Source: Minutocellus sp. GHC0000111
Lineage: Eukaryota
Assembly: GCA_977018835.1 (NCBI GenBank)
Contig: OZ361256.1
Location: 5,456,001-5,520,000 of the forward strand
Reading direction: 5' to 3'
DNA: 64,000 nt
Shown: positions 12,401-25,400 of the stretch, piece by piece
How the letters are laid out: each line of letters opens with the position of its first letter
Numbering within the stretch: position 1 is the first letter of the stretch
Notes under the pieces: generated by a model
Told to the model about the DNA's origin: nothing
Databases searched by the model: none
The model's input: the letters and a program-made list of their open reading frames with translations, nothing else
Translations under genes and position numbers: made by a program

Positions 12401-15400
12401 AGCCGCACATCATTTGGAGCTGCGATGGAAGATCCTGACAACAACAAATGCTTACCGAAACGTTTGAGAGACTACAGTTCCACGCCGTTACCACTCTCTC
12501 TTCCACAACTGCTGGTCCCATCCTCATTGGACCAAGATTCCCCCTCGTGCGGCAATGGTGATAATCTCAATGCAGTTGAAGCCATTGGGTGGTGGCCAGA
12601 CGAAAATTTTGGTGGCCCACCACGTCTTATCGCTTTGACGAGATTAGGAACGATCGTTGTGTATGAAATGCCACCGCCTTGGTCTGCTCTGGAGCCGCCG
12701 ATGCCGGTCTACGATCCGTTTAGCGGAAACGTGGGGGGTCGAGTTTAGCGAGTGGCTTTTCTTCCCCTGTAGCGATCGGTGCAGTGGGGGGAGTATCCAA
12801 GGGTTACGACAGTGACGAAGAGGGCAACCAATCCGACGACGAAAGCGAAAGAGAAGAGTATGAAGTAACTCTTCAGCCACATCCTGATTTTGGCATTGGC
12901 CTCCGTTTGGAAGCGCAAGCCCGTGGTATGCCAGCAGTGGCAGGTTCATTTAAGAAGCATCCGCTCAGCAATGGGCGGCTTCCAGCCGAGAAAACGGGAG
13001 AAATTACACTGGGGGACGAGCTACTTGCAGTCAATGGTGTGAGTTTAGAAGGTCTATCTTTTGACGATATAATTGGCAGAGTGAGAGATATTGGCGCCCA
13101 AGCAAAAGGCGGACCTCTCACCATGAGATTTCGCCCAGCCCCAAAGGCAGCTCGTGACAGTAGAGCCATCAATAGTACGGGGTCGAGCAGCGGTCAGGAT
13201 CCAAGGCGAACAATTTTTGGTTCACCGTCGGATGAAGAGCCCGCAACTCCTACGATGACCAATTACGCGAATGATAAAGTAGGTAATCGCCCAGAGACAC
13301 CTGTTAGGGCCGTAAATGAGACAAATGCACATTCCGTCTTGGTTGGGGCCGATTCTGAAGTGCAGCAAGAATTTGGCCGGATCGTTGGATACGTAAGAAA
13401 GGCACGCCCGCCGGCGCCGCAGAAGCATTGTCCTGGCCCAATGATAGTACTACCCTTTAATCAGTTTGACGGTGCACCCGAATCTGAAGATGTGGAATCT
13501 AGCGCTTTGGTCGTCACTGCCGAACAGAGAACAATAACAGTGTCGCGGCTGGAAATAACAGATACCTGTGCCATTAATCCAGAAGGAGCTAGACTCCTGG
13601 ATCTCGGCGATGTTGTTCTCGATTTAGACGACAAGCGACGCATTGAGTCATTGTCTGTTGTGAATATTGCTACAGTTGGGTGGTGCGTGGCAGCTACTGA
13701 TAGTTGTGGGGAGGTGTTCTTGATTTTTGTTGATGTTGAGTCCGGTCCTCGCAGTGATGGCCAATCGCCCTCTCGTGCAGTATTCCGCCATTACAAAGCG
13801 TTCCAATGCGAAGACATTGTCTCACAGTCGCCAAGTACTGATGGCAATCAAACAAAACTCAAGATCAGACCAAGTTCAGTTGACTTGTTTGCGACCATGG
13901 CGACGGGGGGGAATCAGACGGAGGTTACCGTCTGGTCTGCTGCTCCAAGAAGCATCCCGTGGAGTTCCGTTGATCCAAATGCTGCTGATTGGAATTATGT
14001 GTCGACCAAGGTTTCACATAGCGGCAAACCAGGAGACGAAGAATCAATCCTTGACTTTTGTTGGGTTACAAGCGGTTCGCTCGACGCCTTTCCTTGGTTG
14101 GTAACGTTTTCGGCCAGTTCTGCTGTTGTGCACCGAAGGCCTGGCGGGCAGCTACGTTGGATATCGGTAGCAGAACTCTGCTACAGTCCGCCGTTTCGGT
14201 CTTCGCAGCTACAATTCATTTCAAACCCATCCCACAAAAGAAGAATGACGCACGGGTCCCCGCCGAGTCCTGCCGATGCATATCCTCACATTGTATCAGC
14301 TCTAAGAATCGCTGTAACGGCGAGTGATGAGAAGGAATTTTTGAGATCAGACTGGAATCCTGAATCCATCCTTGCTTCTATATGTACTGAGGAAGGCGGG
14401 GTCCAATTGGCTCTCAAGAGAAGTGTTCAGGGTCTGTTCCGGTGGCTTTCCTTGTGGATGAGTCCAGATGTTGGAGCTCGCCCACAGTGGAATTCTCGAT
14501 TGCCACTCGGAATTGCCCCCTTTGGTGCCGTTAGTGACATGTCTGTGACGGAATCTGACTTGAAGGACGAAGAGGATACAGCTGAAGCAGACAACGCAGC
14601 CGCTTTGATGTCATCCTTTGCTGTGTCATCTACAACACCAAAGAAAGCTGCGCATACAGAGGAAGAGGTATTAATGTTTGAGCTTCAAGCAGCTCTTTGT
14701 CCAAGCCGCCGCCGTCCAGACGAAAGATCCAACGCCGGGAAAACGCCTCAAAGGAAGAAGGTTAGCAAGGAATTCAAACTTGCAATGGGCGCAGGTGGCG
14801 CTTTAACGCAAGAGAATGACTGCGATGGAGACGGCGACGGCGATCATGTTTCTATCCCCGACCCCTTGAAGAAACTGAACAGAGACGAGCTTCGATTCTT
14901 GTGGGCATTGGGCGAGGTGAACAAAAAGCCTCCGAAGTTCAACAAGCTCGACAAATTCGCTCAATTGGCTGCCTTATGTGCTGCACTGATGCGCAGTATT
15001 GACAACGCCAAATCGAACGACGACGATGACAAGAAGGAGCTGGAAGGCTCCGCCCCGAAGAACAGTGCCACCAGCCGAGCATTCCTCGTCAAGAGATCAT
15101 CTTCCTTCCATACCTCTCAGGAGGAAGCCAAGCCCCCGGTGATTGCTTCTGCCGCTTGTTTAGCCGCCCTCCTTTGCGACACACAGAGTGAGCTTTTTGA
15201 TTCTCTTCGCATACCGAACGAGAAGATGGACTGGTCGACTGCAAGGGCACTTAATCTCCCATTTTGGCTGCGGTCTGACACGGTTCTGCGTGCTGTGGCC
15301 GAAGAGATTGCCCAGGATATATTCAAGAAGAAGAGGGATGTAATGGAGTGCGCTATTTTTTACGTGGCGACTCGCAACATGCGATCGTTGCGTAATTTTG

Positions 15401-18400
15401 CCGCCGCCGATCAGAGTCAGTCCGGGAAGATGTTCTTCAAGTTCATCACGCAGCACGACTTTGCATCCCAGCGGGGTAGAAAGGCTGCAGAAAAGAATGC
15501 TTATAGTCTCCTGAGGAAGCGCAGATACGGTGTGGCCGCTGCCTTCTTCTTGCTTGCCGAGCCCCCTATGGTTAAGAGTGCACTTGAGATTATCGTGACG
15601 CAGATGAAGGATTTATCTCTCGCCTTCATGATTTCGCGATTAGTCGAACAGTCGCAATCGGCGCCGACAGCGAGTGGTGTAAATCTCAGCGCGATGGGGG
15701 GCGGAGGAGGATTCGTTAACGCCGGGGGAGGACTTAGTGGCGGTGTTGGCGCCACAACTAGCATGGGTGGTGATGAAACGAGCTTTGGTGATTGGACTCC
15801 CAAGATAGGCGACAGCACTCGAAATCTTCTGACGGTAAGGGGCCTTTTTATGGTAGAAGACGATCCATTCCTCGAGGCAGTACAGCAAGTCTGGCTCGGC
15901 AGGCAGAACCAAGCTGCTCTGTGCATTGCCCGCTTGCCTGCGGGTGACGATGATGTTGTTGTTCCACCAGTATTTGATATGACCTCGAACGACAAGAAGA
16001 AGTATGATTCTGTCAATGATCGAGTCCTTGCAAAGGCGAACAAGATCATCGACTTTTCGTCGGCTCCGCTTCTGCTGAAGAGGCTCAAGACAAGCAATAG
16101 AGTCCGATATGCATCGGCGTTGTTGGTCTCTCGTGCTCTGTCACGTCGTGGAAACGAACTGGCTTCAATGAAGACACTACTGTACGCAGTTGAAGAAAAT
16201 GCGGGAGAGTCAGAGGCTTTAGAGAAGAAGGAGAAGGTAACGGGGCAAGACGCGGCAGCAGTAGTCCAAACACAACCGACGCAAACCTCTATTTTTGATT
16301 CCTTCGATGCTGCACCGCAGAGATCGAGGCCCAAGCCAACACCCTCTGACACCGGTAGTATGCAATCATCGATATTCGATTCCTTCGATGCGCCAGTGCA
16401 GAAGCCCAAGCCTAAGCCGCCTCCGCCACCTGCTCCGTCAGCTGGTGGAGGAATGCAGTCATCGATATTCGATTCCTTCGATGCGCCAGTGCAGAAGTCC
16501 AAGCCTAAGCCGCCTCCGCCACCTGCTCCGTCAGCTGATGGAGGAATGCAGTCATCGATATTCGATTCCTTCGATGCGCCAGTGCAGAAGTCCAACCCTA
16601 AGCCGCCTCCGCCACCTGCTCCGTCAGCTGATGGAGGAATGCAGTCATCGATATTCGATTCCTTCGATGTCGCTCCACAGAGGCCTAAGTCGACGCCCTC
16701 CACACCATCGACTCCTGGCAATTCCTCTTCTGCCATCGGTTCCACCGCTGCGACATCTACTTCCAGCCCCAATAATGCCGAGACCGAAAAAGAGGATGAG
16801 GAGGACGTCAACTTGGACTTCCGAGTCCCTTCTATATGGAAAGAATGGCGCGACGATTTCCTAGCGTCGTCATTTGCCCGTAGACTCTTGCGTGAAATCG
16901 CCCGCATCGCGGCTCGTTTGGAAGGTGATATTGTCGTCCCTCCAATTTCTGCATTCCGTCGTCATGTCCATCCTCTCATAACTCACAATGCATCGCATGT
17001 GCTGCAGTATCGCTGTCAGGGCGATGCCATTCTGAGCAGCGCTGAAAGATGCCTTGAAGATCTGATAGAGGCGTATCAGGTTGATAAGATTGCAGTTATA
17101 GAGCAGGCTCTACTCCTTCTTGCCTGCCCATCGCAACCTCGCCGGATAGTTTTCGCAGTGCTCCTTCATTGCCTTATGGGTCGACCAGATCTTGCCGAGG
17201 ACGTAATTCGAAATGCGGCTAATGACCAGATTCGCAAGTGTGAGTCGTTTGCTTATGCCAATGACGAGCTTTATTCCAATCGGAAGACGCAGCATCATGT
17301 ATCGAGCCAGTACATCAGGCGTCAAGCCACTGGGGTTAGCCTACAGCTCGAGCTCTGTTTATGGCTGCACCGTGGTGGAGTGTTCACCCTCAGTGGAATG
17401 GCCGTAAAAGAAGCTGTTATTTCTGTGCGCACAGGATATCTCGTTGCAGGGTGGGGGCGTTGTTATGAGAGTTTAGAGACGATGCTTAAGAACGACCCCG
17501 ACTGCCAAATGGATCACGACATGGGAAGGCAGCTATGGAGTAGTATGAAAATCATGTCAAGCTACGACGAAGCCGCTGCGGGTGCTGGCAGTGGTACTAC
17601 AAGCGGTGGCTGGGAATTCTTGGTTGATTGCCAAAGGAATGAAGCCACGGCGATGTTGCGCGACACTGAGCTGGGTACCTTCTTAATACGACCCCACGCG
17701 GAAGATCATGGAGTCTTCTCCTTGAGCTTTCGAACCAATCTCACGGTCACTGAGCAGCCAAGTGATGCCCTTCAAAATCAGGGCATCGACAGTGCAACTC
17801 CACCTGGTACCGCTCCTATCAAGCAGCCCGCTGACGCGACTGCTGCTGCTGCTGCTTCTGCTGAAACTGGTGCTCCGACAGCTGGAAGCACTCCACAGCA
17901 ACAATCTCCGAAACCACCTTCTGGAAGCAGTGCAGTATCAAAGCCACCAAACCAACGCCCAGTAAAGAAAGACGATATTGTTCAACATGCGATTGTTCGT
18001 TTATCAGACGCTGGCTTCCGTTGTGGTTCATTCGGTCCCTTTACCTCTTTGATCAAACTCCTGGAGGCCGTTTCTTCGTCTCTGCCGTTTGACTTGCGCT
18101 TCGATCAACCGCCCATTCAAGGTATCATCAAAGAGCAGACCTTGGCACCGAGCCCGAATTCTGTCTTCATTAGAAAGCTTGCCTTACATTCAAAGACCGA
18201 GAATTACCGCTGGAATGCCCAAACGCAGAAAGAAGCGCTTGCTGAGACGATGGATGAAAGTGTCGGGCAGCGAAACAAAGTACAAATTCAGACCAACTCG
18301 GCCGATACTGTGCTGCAGCGACGATTTGGGTTATTTTCCCAGCTTTTGGCGCTCACCGAAATTCGAAAACAGTTGAGTGCGATCGCTGCTGCTGAGTCTG

Positions 18401-20034
18401 GATCTTGGCACGATGAGGCTGGTGGTGGAGGTACTCCTCGCATGGGTCGATCTGGCGCCGTCGTCGGCCACGACGATGACTTTCAAGAAGGCCTGTCTGA
18501 GGATAGCTTTGTTATCGGCGAGGAAGAGATTTATGCTATGGCATCTCGAGTTTTGCGCCCCCTGTTGAACTGGTGTCGAACACTGGAGACCGGGTTGGTC
18601 CACGAACTCGCACCTGCACTGTCTCATGTGGTACAGGAGGAGGTTGCAGCGATCGATATTGCTGATTCTACACTTGCAAACGAAGTCGACGCAGAGGGCA
18701 TTGTTTCGGCTACTTTCCGCCCTTGCACCGACGGTGGAGACTCCGATATTCGGCTGATGATCCAACCCGATTCAGGAGTTGAATTCCGCACTTTGAGAGT
18801 CGGGGAAGGCAATAATAGCTCCATTGTCGTCATGTTCAGCAAGAAGGAGGCTATTGCATGGTTCATATCAAGCGGTGCAGAAACAGATGATGAAGGTGCT
18901 ACGAAACGACTCGAACGAATGGAGAAGAGACGCATCATCGAGCAGTTGGATCTCAATGAGCTTGCCGTAGGAAAATCTTACGGCGATTCTCACGATCACG
19001 AAAAGGATGTTCGCTACCGCTTCGTAGATCCTTGGGAGGTTGAAGTTGTGGAGTCGAGAGATGGAGAAGTTGCCAGCGCCACAATCGGCCGAGGTCACTA
19101 CCTAACATTCAACATTGGCCGTGTGACAAAGGCTTGCGAACTGATGCAACGAAGCCTCGGAGGCGTTCACCTGCTGGCTCTTTGGAGCTTTGCCAAGGGC
19201 GGTATCTGTCTTACGAAAGCATTGGCATCGGTGCATCCACCGTGGGAGCGAGATGCTGGCGGGGATTTGCAAATGAAATCAAAGATTGTTACCGAGCCAA
19301 CTCCTTTTGCGAACAGTATCCGGCAGCACCTCTACCGCAACATGCTCTTTCGTCGTCTCCAGGTACCACAGCGCTTCCTTGCCCTCTTGCAGGTAGAGCT
19401 CTTGGATTTGAAGAATTTGACCTCTCCCGCCGGTTCCTCTTCCTTGATGGCGTATGCCCTCCTTCGTCTGAAAAGACCTGGATCCGGAGCGCCCCTTACC
19501 CACAAGGCCAGAACTCTGGACAGTGCGTGCATGCAGCCGCAGAAGATTATCAAGATATCCGGCCCCAACGCACCGGCCTCGTGGGGAAGTCTCGTTAGGT
19601 TGCGCTTCCCCCTGCCAGAGGGTGTAGATTGCGACGGCATTAGCTACGGCGACGACTGCGAGGCCCCCTTCAAGGGACCGCCGTCGGTCCTTCAGCTCAC
19701 GGTGTATGAGAAGAAATTTATGAGCGATGCCGCGCTTGGTGGTGCCGACATCAAGCTCGACGCCCTCACCAGCGAAGGGCAGCTCGAAGAATGGGTACCA
19801 CTCCGGGCACCCAATGATGGGGAGATCACCTGGTTCGCACGCGTTCGACTTACCCTACGATTCGAGCTAATGTGCCTTGTTGATGAAGAAGAAAAGGGCG
19901 AGAAATGTCCCAGTGTCGGCCTAACAAAGATCCATGCCTTGAGCAAGGCGGGTGGAGCTCACGAGGACGCCAAGGGAACCAAACGAGTCATCAGCAGCCC
20001 CGACTTCGTGCAGTACTTGGAGAGTTATTTGTAG
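9490..20034 (+). CDS. Rav1/rabconnectin-3 (DmX)-like V-ATPase assembly factor with WD40-like, PDZ, Rav1p_C, SH2, DEP-like and C2 domains; 5' third interrupted in this sequence
   Basis: Rav1p_C motif KAAEKNAYSLLRKRRYGVAAAFFLLA and WSTARALNLPFW. PDZ (FGIGL...GEITLGDELLAVNG). SH2 (GTFLIR...VFSLSF). C2 (LQLTVYEKKFMSD..LG...EEWVPL). Upstream ORFs 9490, 9970, 10779 and 11048 join through one in-frame TAG and three frameshifts. Confidence 0.8.
16360..16669 (+). repeat. Coding 93-bp tandem repeat, ~3.3 copies (MQSSIFDSFDAPVQKxKPKPPPPPAPSAxGG)
   Basis: Near-identical units start at 16360, 16453, 16546 and 16639; a diverged SIFDSFD copy lies just upstream. Confidence 0.95.
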
Positions 20035-20626
20035 ATCTAGGAGCTAGAGTCTCGTAGTAAAGAGACAATGATAACATCATATTTGTATGTGTTTCGCCCT
20101 TCGGCGATTCCTCACATAAAATAAGAACGTTCACTCTTTGCAATACGATGAATTGATCTGACAATGATACTAGTAACATCTGCACTTACAATTGTACCGA
20201 CCGGTAGGAATTCCTAGATCTACACAAAGATTTTGATGCTTGGTTCGAAGTGTACCGGTAGATTCTATATTAACAATTATAAGCGGTAAGCGGTAGCGGT
20301 AAGCATTCCTTATATTAGACAGGCTAGCTATCTACTGTCCCACGAAGGGAACTCAATTATAAAAGTGTCGGGTGTCTCACAGCACCATCTGCCAGCCGGA
20401 TGACTCGCATACTTTTGGTCGCACTTTCGGTGGCCGGCCGGCGCGCGAAGCAACCGACCGGCGCGCCCAACGCGAGCCACCATGGCGGCAAAAATTCAAA
20501 TTGCCGCCGCTACGTGCAGAACGAAGGCGATATCTCGCGCTGGTGTGGGAGAATTACGGCACGAGACCAACCAGGTACTCCCGACATCCTGGTGATATTC
20601 CCGTTGGTCTCGATCCATAATTCTCC

Positions 20627-22253
20627 ATGAGCAAAAAAAACAACGGCCGCAATCCCGCGGTCAACACCGCAGACAGAATTGCGGTGCAGGACGCCCTTGG
20701 CTGAACTACTCGTCCGTCTTCGCAGAAAGGAACTTCATTACTACAATTTCATCGGCAACAACAACGACTCCTTGATGAATGTGTTGGGATGCAGTCCCAT
20801 CATGTACGGCGCCGTCATGTGCACTGCGGGCATCTTGGGTTTGAAGAAGAAGAAACACGAAGACTGCGATGTGTTTTTTGTGAGGACAGACAACCAGAAT
20901 GGATGGGATGAAATGGTATCAAGACACTGCCTTGCCGACGACGTTCAGCGAACCCCATGCAAAAAGAGCATGTTTGTTCGCCTCGGTTCTGTCAATCCTC
21001 GTGCAGCCGACGCTCTCCATGATGATGGATGGATGGCTTTCGACATGGTCACGGTCGAGCAACAATTTCGCCTCGAAATGCCGCCGCCGCGGCTCAATTT
21101 GACGAAGGCATGTAATGCATTCCTCAAGTCGGTCGCACCACATATGTCGGTGGGATGTGCGGCGATGGACTACGAAATCAACAGGCAGATGTTGCTCGAG
21201 GCCCAGAAGTTCCCTGGTGGGCACAATGGCCAGGACGATGGGTGGGACAATGACGACGATGTTGGGACGGTGGGCACCCTGACCACGACGGAGGCCGGCG
21301 AGATCAGTGAGGACGATGACGACGAAGACGAGGACTATGTGCCCTGTTATGAGGACGAAGCTGATGTTGCAAGAGAGGACGCTGCACATGAAGCATGCAT
21401 GCAGCAGCACTTTGAGAAGAAGAATCGTCAGAAGCGCGGTGATGGCGAGCCAGAGATGGGAGCTGTCGATGATGCCGAGGATGACGATGCCCCTCACTTC
21501 CATTTCCTGAAAAAGGCCGGCATTGAGGCGGCCGACTCAGGTAAAATAAGGGCAGTGCTGGCAGAATGCTGGAGAGCTTTATCTATTAATATTTCTGATG
21601 GCAACAACATGAAGAAACCAAGGACAACAGAGTTCATCCACCATAACACCTCCACCAAAGGAACTCTCCTAGAGCACAATCGCGAGGAAGATGGCATGAC
21701 GGATGACGACATCAAAGAGCTCTGCAAAGCTTGCTCTAATTTGCTCCACACTCTTGACGCAATATATTCCAGGTTTCTGAAATGGTACATGAAATGGGAT
21801 GATGAGGCAAAGAAGGCTGTGAGAGAGCTTGAAGCATTGATTGCAAGTGCCCTCAAGCAAGCACGGGCAATCGGTGTTAGCATAGCGCCCAAGTGGCACT
21901 TACTCGAAGATCACATCTTGGACCAACACATTTGGCTAGTGAAGAATGGATGGGGCGGCATCTATTGGCTCGACGAATCGTTTGTAGAGGGAGCCCACCA
22001 AGAGGGCGTTAAGGAAGATCGTCGGACTCAGGGCGTCAAGGGACATGAGGCCCAACAGACGGCGCAATTCAAGGCTGAGGAGAGGGCATCCAATCCAAAG
22101 GTCGAGGAGAGGCGGGAGCGAAACTCTCGGGTGGCAAGAACAAGGAAAAGGACCGAAGCTGTTAAAGCAGAAACTGATGACAAGCGCCAACAAATGATCA
22201 TGATGGCCACCGATGGAGATGAGGATGTCGAGATGGGAGCAGGGCATGTATAA
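20627..22253 (+). pseudogene. Decayed DDE transposase of the Chapaev/Transib/RAG1-like clan
   Basis: C-terminal block PKWHLLEDH...GGIYWLDESFVEGAHQEGVKEDRRTQG fits the K-x-H-x4-H...G...DE..E..HQ....R.QG signature. Likely start MSKKNNGR at 20627 needs a frameshift near 20695. The central catalytic region appears to be missing. Confidence 0.6.
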
Positions 22254-22444
22254 AATTAGAAAATGAAATTACACTACTACTACACAATAACAAATGAATT
22301 GCATAATCCAACTTTTACAAACAGCATCGCGATTGAGCAAAAAAGTAAATAGCACACCCAAACAAACACATCACGTCCTTCTTAACTCACCCATTTATCT
22401 CCCAGACCAAAAAGTCCCTTTGTCGGGTTGATTGTTGCATAAAC

Positions 22445-23284
22445 TTATCCCAACACTATCTGTCTCTCCTCGGGCGCAAAATTATTGTCATTCGTGATGG
22501 CCACAAGACCGGGAGGGGAGTACCAGTGTTCGTCGGTGGTCATGTCGACGGTACCGGTAGAGGTAGTGGCACCGTCGGCCATTTGCACATTCATGTTCTG
22601 CTGAGGATGAGCTGGACGAGCGGCGGCGGTAGTGCCGGTGGTAGGGACGAGGACAGTGCGGTCGGCTGTACCAGTAGCAGTAGATCTACCGGCGGCGGGA
22701 CTGGCAAGCATCGACGGTGCTGCTGCCGGGAGGGAACTTTTGAGAAGTGGGCGGCCGCATCGGCACTTGACCACCGTGACACGAAGGATGGTGCCACCGG
22801 TGCAATTCCTGTGGCGCTTGCTGTCGGTGAGGTTGGACTTGTGGTCGATGTCGGCAAAGGCGTTGCACTGGGAGCACATGTACATGCTGCATTTGCTGCC
22901 GGGGCGGATGTGATTGCGGATAAGTAATGGGTTGGCAAGCACTGCTTTTGCGATGAAACGGCGACGAACTTCGAGCTGCGCAGCGAGCTTTGACCAAGGG
23001 AAGTTTTTTGTAGCAAACCCCTGACAATTTCTTTTGCAAAAGTTTGCGAGGAGTCTGGGCGGACAAGCCTTGTCGGACGGGCCGATGCATGTAGCAGTGC
23101 TGCCGTCGGCATGGCGGAAGAAAATGCCCTTGATGCTGACGGAGAACGGCTGGCCAGGAAAGTCGGGAAGATGGACCGGCGCATCAAGGGCGGCAAAGCG
23201 ATCTTCCGAAGATATGCCAACGACGGGCGGCGGTGGCGGTGGCGGTGGCTCCTCGGGAGGAGGAGGAGGAGGGTCGAGCTCCAT
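22445..23284 (-). CDS. Cys/His-containing hypothetical protein convergent with the transposase; probable accessory ORF of the element
   Basis: ATG 23284 (MELDPPPP...). Contains C-x4-C-x2-C...H...H-x2-C...C-x-C. Intronless, tail-to-tail with the transposase ORF. Confidence 0.45.
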   Translation of the reverse strand: MELDPPPPPPEEPPPPPPPPVVGISSEDRFAALDAPVHLPDFPGQPFSVSIKGIFFRHADGSTATCIGPSDKACPPRLLANFCKRNCQGFATKNFPWSKLAAQLEVRRRFIAKAVLANPLLIRNHIRPGSKCSMYMCSQCNAFADIDHKSNLTDSKRHRNCTGGTILRVTVVKCRCGRPLLKSSLPAAAPSMLASPAAGRSTATGTADRTVLVPTTGTTAAARPAHPQQNMNVQMADGATTSTGTVDMTTDEHWYSPPGLVAITNDNNFAPEERQIVLG

Positions 23285-24205
23285 GGTGACGAACGCTTTT
23301 TCACGTACAAGTTCGGCGGAACAAAAAAAAGCACAAGCTCGCGAAGCAAGCAAAATCACGCACAACGCGGTGAAAGCACGTGCTGTTTGGGCTTGAGCAA
23401 AAATCTCATGTCAAAACCACCGTAGAGCCAGTGCGGCAAAATCACAGTGGCAAAAACGGTAGATTTAGTTTGTTCTACTCAAAATGCACTCAATGTGCAC
23501 GGGACCACCCCTCAAAGTACCTCAGCACACTTGCCGGGACCACTCAAAGTGCTTGAGAGCGCGCATCACCTTAGGCCCAAATGGCCGAGGTTGTGGTCAT
23601 TGCACCCTGCTGGAATGCTGGCCGCCGCTTGTTGAAGTTCCTTGAGCGCTTTGGCAACACGCTCGCGTTGGGGAGGTTGTCCTGGGTCATTCACACGTGT
23701 GATTAACTTGGTGGGGAGAGTCGGCGCTGCTGCGCCGAGAGGTTGGCCAAACACTGCGTCGGGACTCATGCTGTTGTTTCAGTCAGCGAAGACAGGCAGC
23801 ACGGCGGCGTTGCTGCGAGACGTGTGATCGACAGAAGGTTCGATCCAGAGAAGTGTGATCGATTGGATGGGTCGATCTGGTCAGGACTTTCGGGGAAGGG
23901 ATTGGATCGTCGTTCCAATGTTGTCGAAAGAAACGGTCGTTTTGGCCGACTGAAGATGTGTCGGTTTTTCTTGCGTGACGAGTGAGAACCCAAGACAAAC
24001 CGGTGAGGTGCGAACCGAAATGGGGCGAGCACGGGTGGAAAAGATGCATCTCGTAGGTCTGCTAAGAGGTCCTAAAGCTAAGCTAGACAGACATAGCTAG
24101 TAGAGGTTAACAGGACCTACGTAGATGAAAAATGGGCCATCGGAGATGTCGTTGGCCCATGGATCAACGGTCAGGAGAGGGCACTGAGTCAGTGGTCTGA
24201 TCACC

Positions 24206-24240
24206 GTACGTACCGTACGTATGTATACGTACGTACGTAT
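24206..24240. repeat. (TACG)n-like microsatellite
   Basis: gtacgtaccgtacgtatgtatacgtacgtacgtat. Confidence 0.8.
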
Positions 24241-24253
24241 CCCACGGTATCAA

Positions 24254-25400
24254 CAAAATCCACTCAAAAATCACGCCACCAACACTGCCAAACCATGCAA
24301 ATCTACAACTCCTAACCCTCTCCAAACCCAACCCAAACCATCCATCTTCACCTCCAAAATCCACTCAAAAATCACGCCACCAACACTACCAAACCATGTA
24401 AATCTACAACTCCTAACCCTCCAAACCCAACCCAAACCATCCAAACATCATCTCACACACACCACAGCTAACATCCCTATCAATCTGCTCTACATCCTAC
24501 ACCTCCTTCCCCACTTATTTTCCTCCTCTAACCCCACCTTCACCTCCAAAATCCACTCAAAAATCACACCACCAACACTGCCAAACCATGTAAATCTACA
24601 ACTCCTAACCCTCTCCAAACCCAACCCAAATCATCCAAACATCATCTCACACACCGCAGCTAACCGGCACCTACAACTACCTACCTAGCTGTGATCAAAT
24701 CGGTGTGATTTTATCGGTGTGAATTTATCGGTGTGATTTTTTCGGTGTGATTTTATTTGTGTGATTGTCGGTGTGATTTTATCGGTGTGATTATGTTTGT
24801 GTGATTTCATCGGTGTGATTTTATCGGTGTGATTATGTTGGTGTGATTTCATCGGTGTGATTTTATCGGTGTGATTATGTTGGTGTGATTTCATCGGTGT
24901 GATTTTATCGGTGTGATCACATCACGTCACCCACACCACCATACCATTTAAATCTACAACTACTAACTCTCCAAACCCAACCCAAACCATCCAAACATCA
25001 TCCCATACACCCCAGCTATCATCCCTCTCAATCTACTCTACATCCTACACCTCCTTCCCCGTCTATTCCTCCTCTAACCCTATGTTCACTCTAAAATCCA
25101 CTCAAAATTATCCCACCAACACTGCCAAACCATGTAAATTTACAACTACTAACTCTCCAAACCCATTCCAAACCATCCAATGCTCATCCCATACACCCCA
25201 GCGAACATCCCTATCAATCTACTCTACATCCTACGCCTCCTTCCCCGTCTATTCCTTTGCTGACCCTATGTTCACCTCAAAACTTTTTCATCTCAATTTT
25301 TTGTCTCGATCCCTAGATAACGGCATAAATCTACACCTAAACGACCTCCAACCCCACTCCAAAGCATCACATCCTCCTTCCTACATCCGCATCCGACATC
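24254..25400. repeat. G-poor C/A-rich satellite, ~100-190-bp units, ~5 copies
   Basis: aaaatccactcaaaa...ccaccaacact.ccaaaccatg.aaat.tacaact.ctaac near 24254, 24355, 24547 and 25093, with a partial copy near 24950. Confidence 0.9.
24690..24920. repeat. 13-bp minisatellite (ATCGGTGTGATTT) with 39-bp higher-order period, nested in the satellite
   Basis: About 17 GTGTGA-cored units; base skew is opposite to the flanking satellite. Confidence 0.92.

Noticed and set aside
23443..23458. CACAGTG followed by GCAAAAACG (RSS-like) near the RAG-like ORF
   Set aside because: No 12/23 spacer and no matching inverted copy found at the other side; consistent with chance.
24690..24920. Possible CRISPR-like array
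   Set aside because: Contiguous 13-bp units without unique spacers, no cas genes, eukaryotic context.
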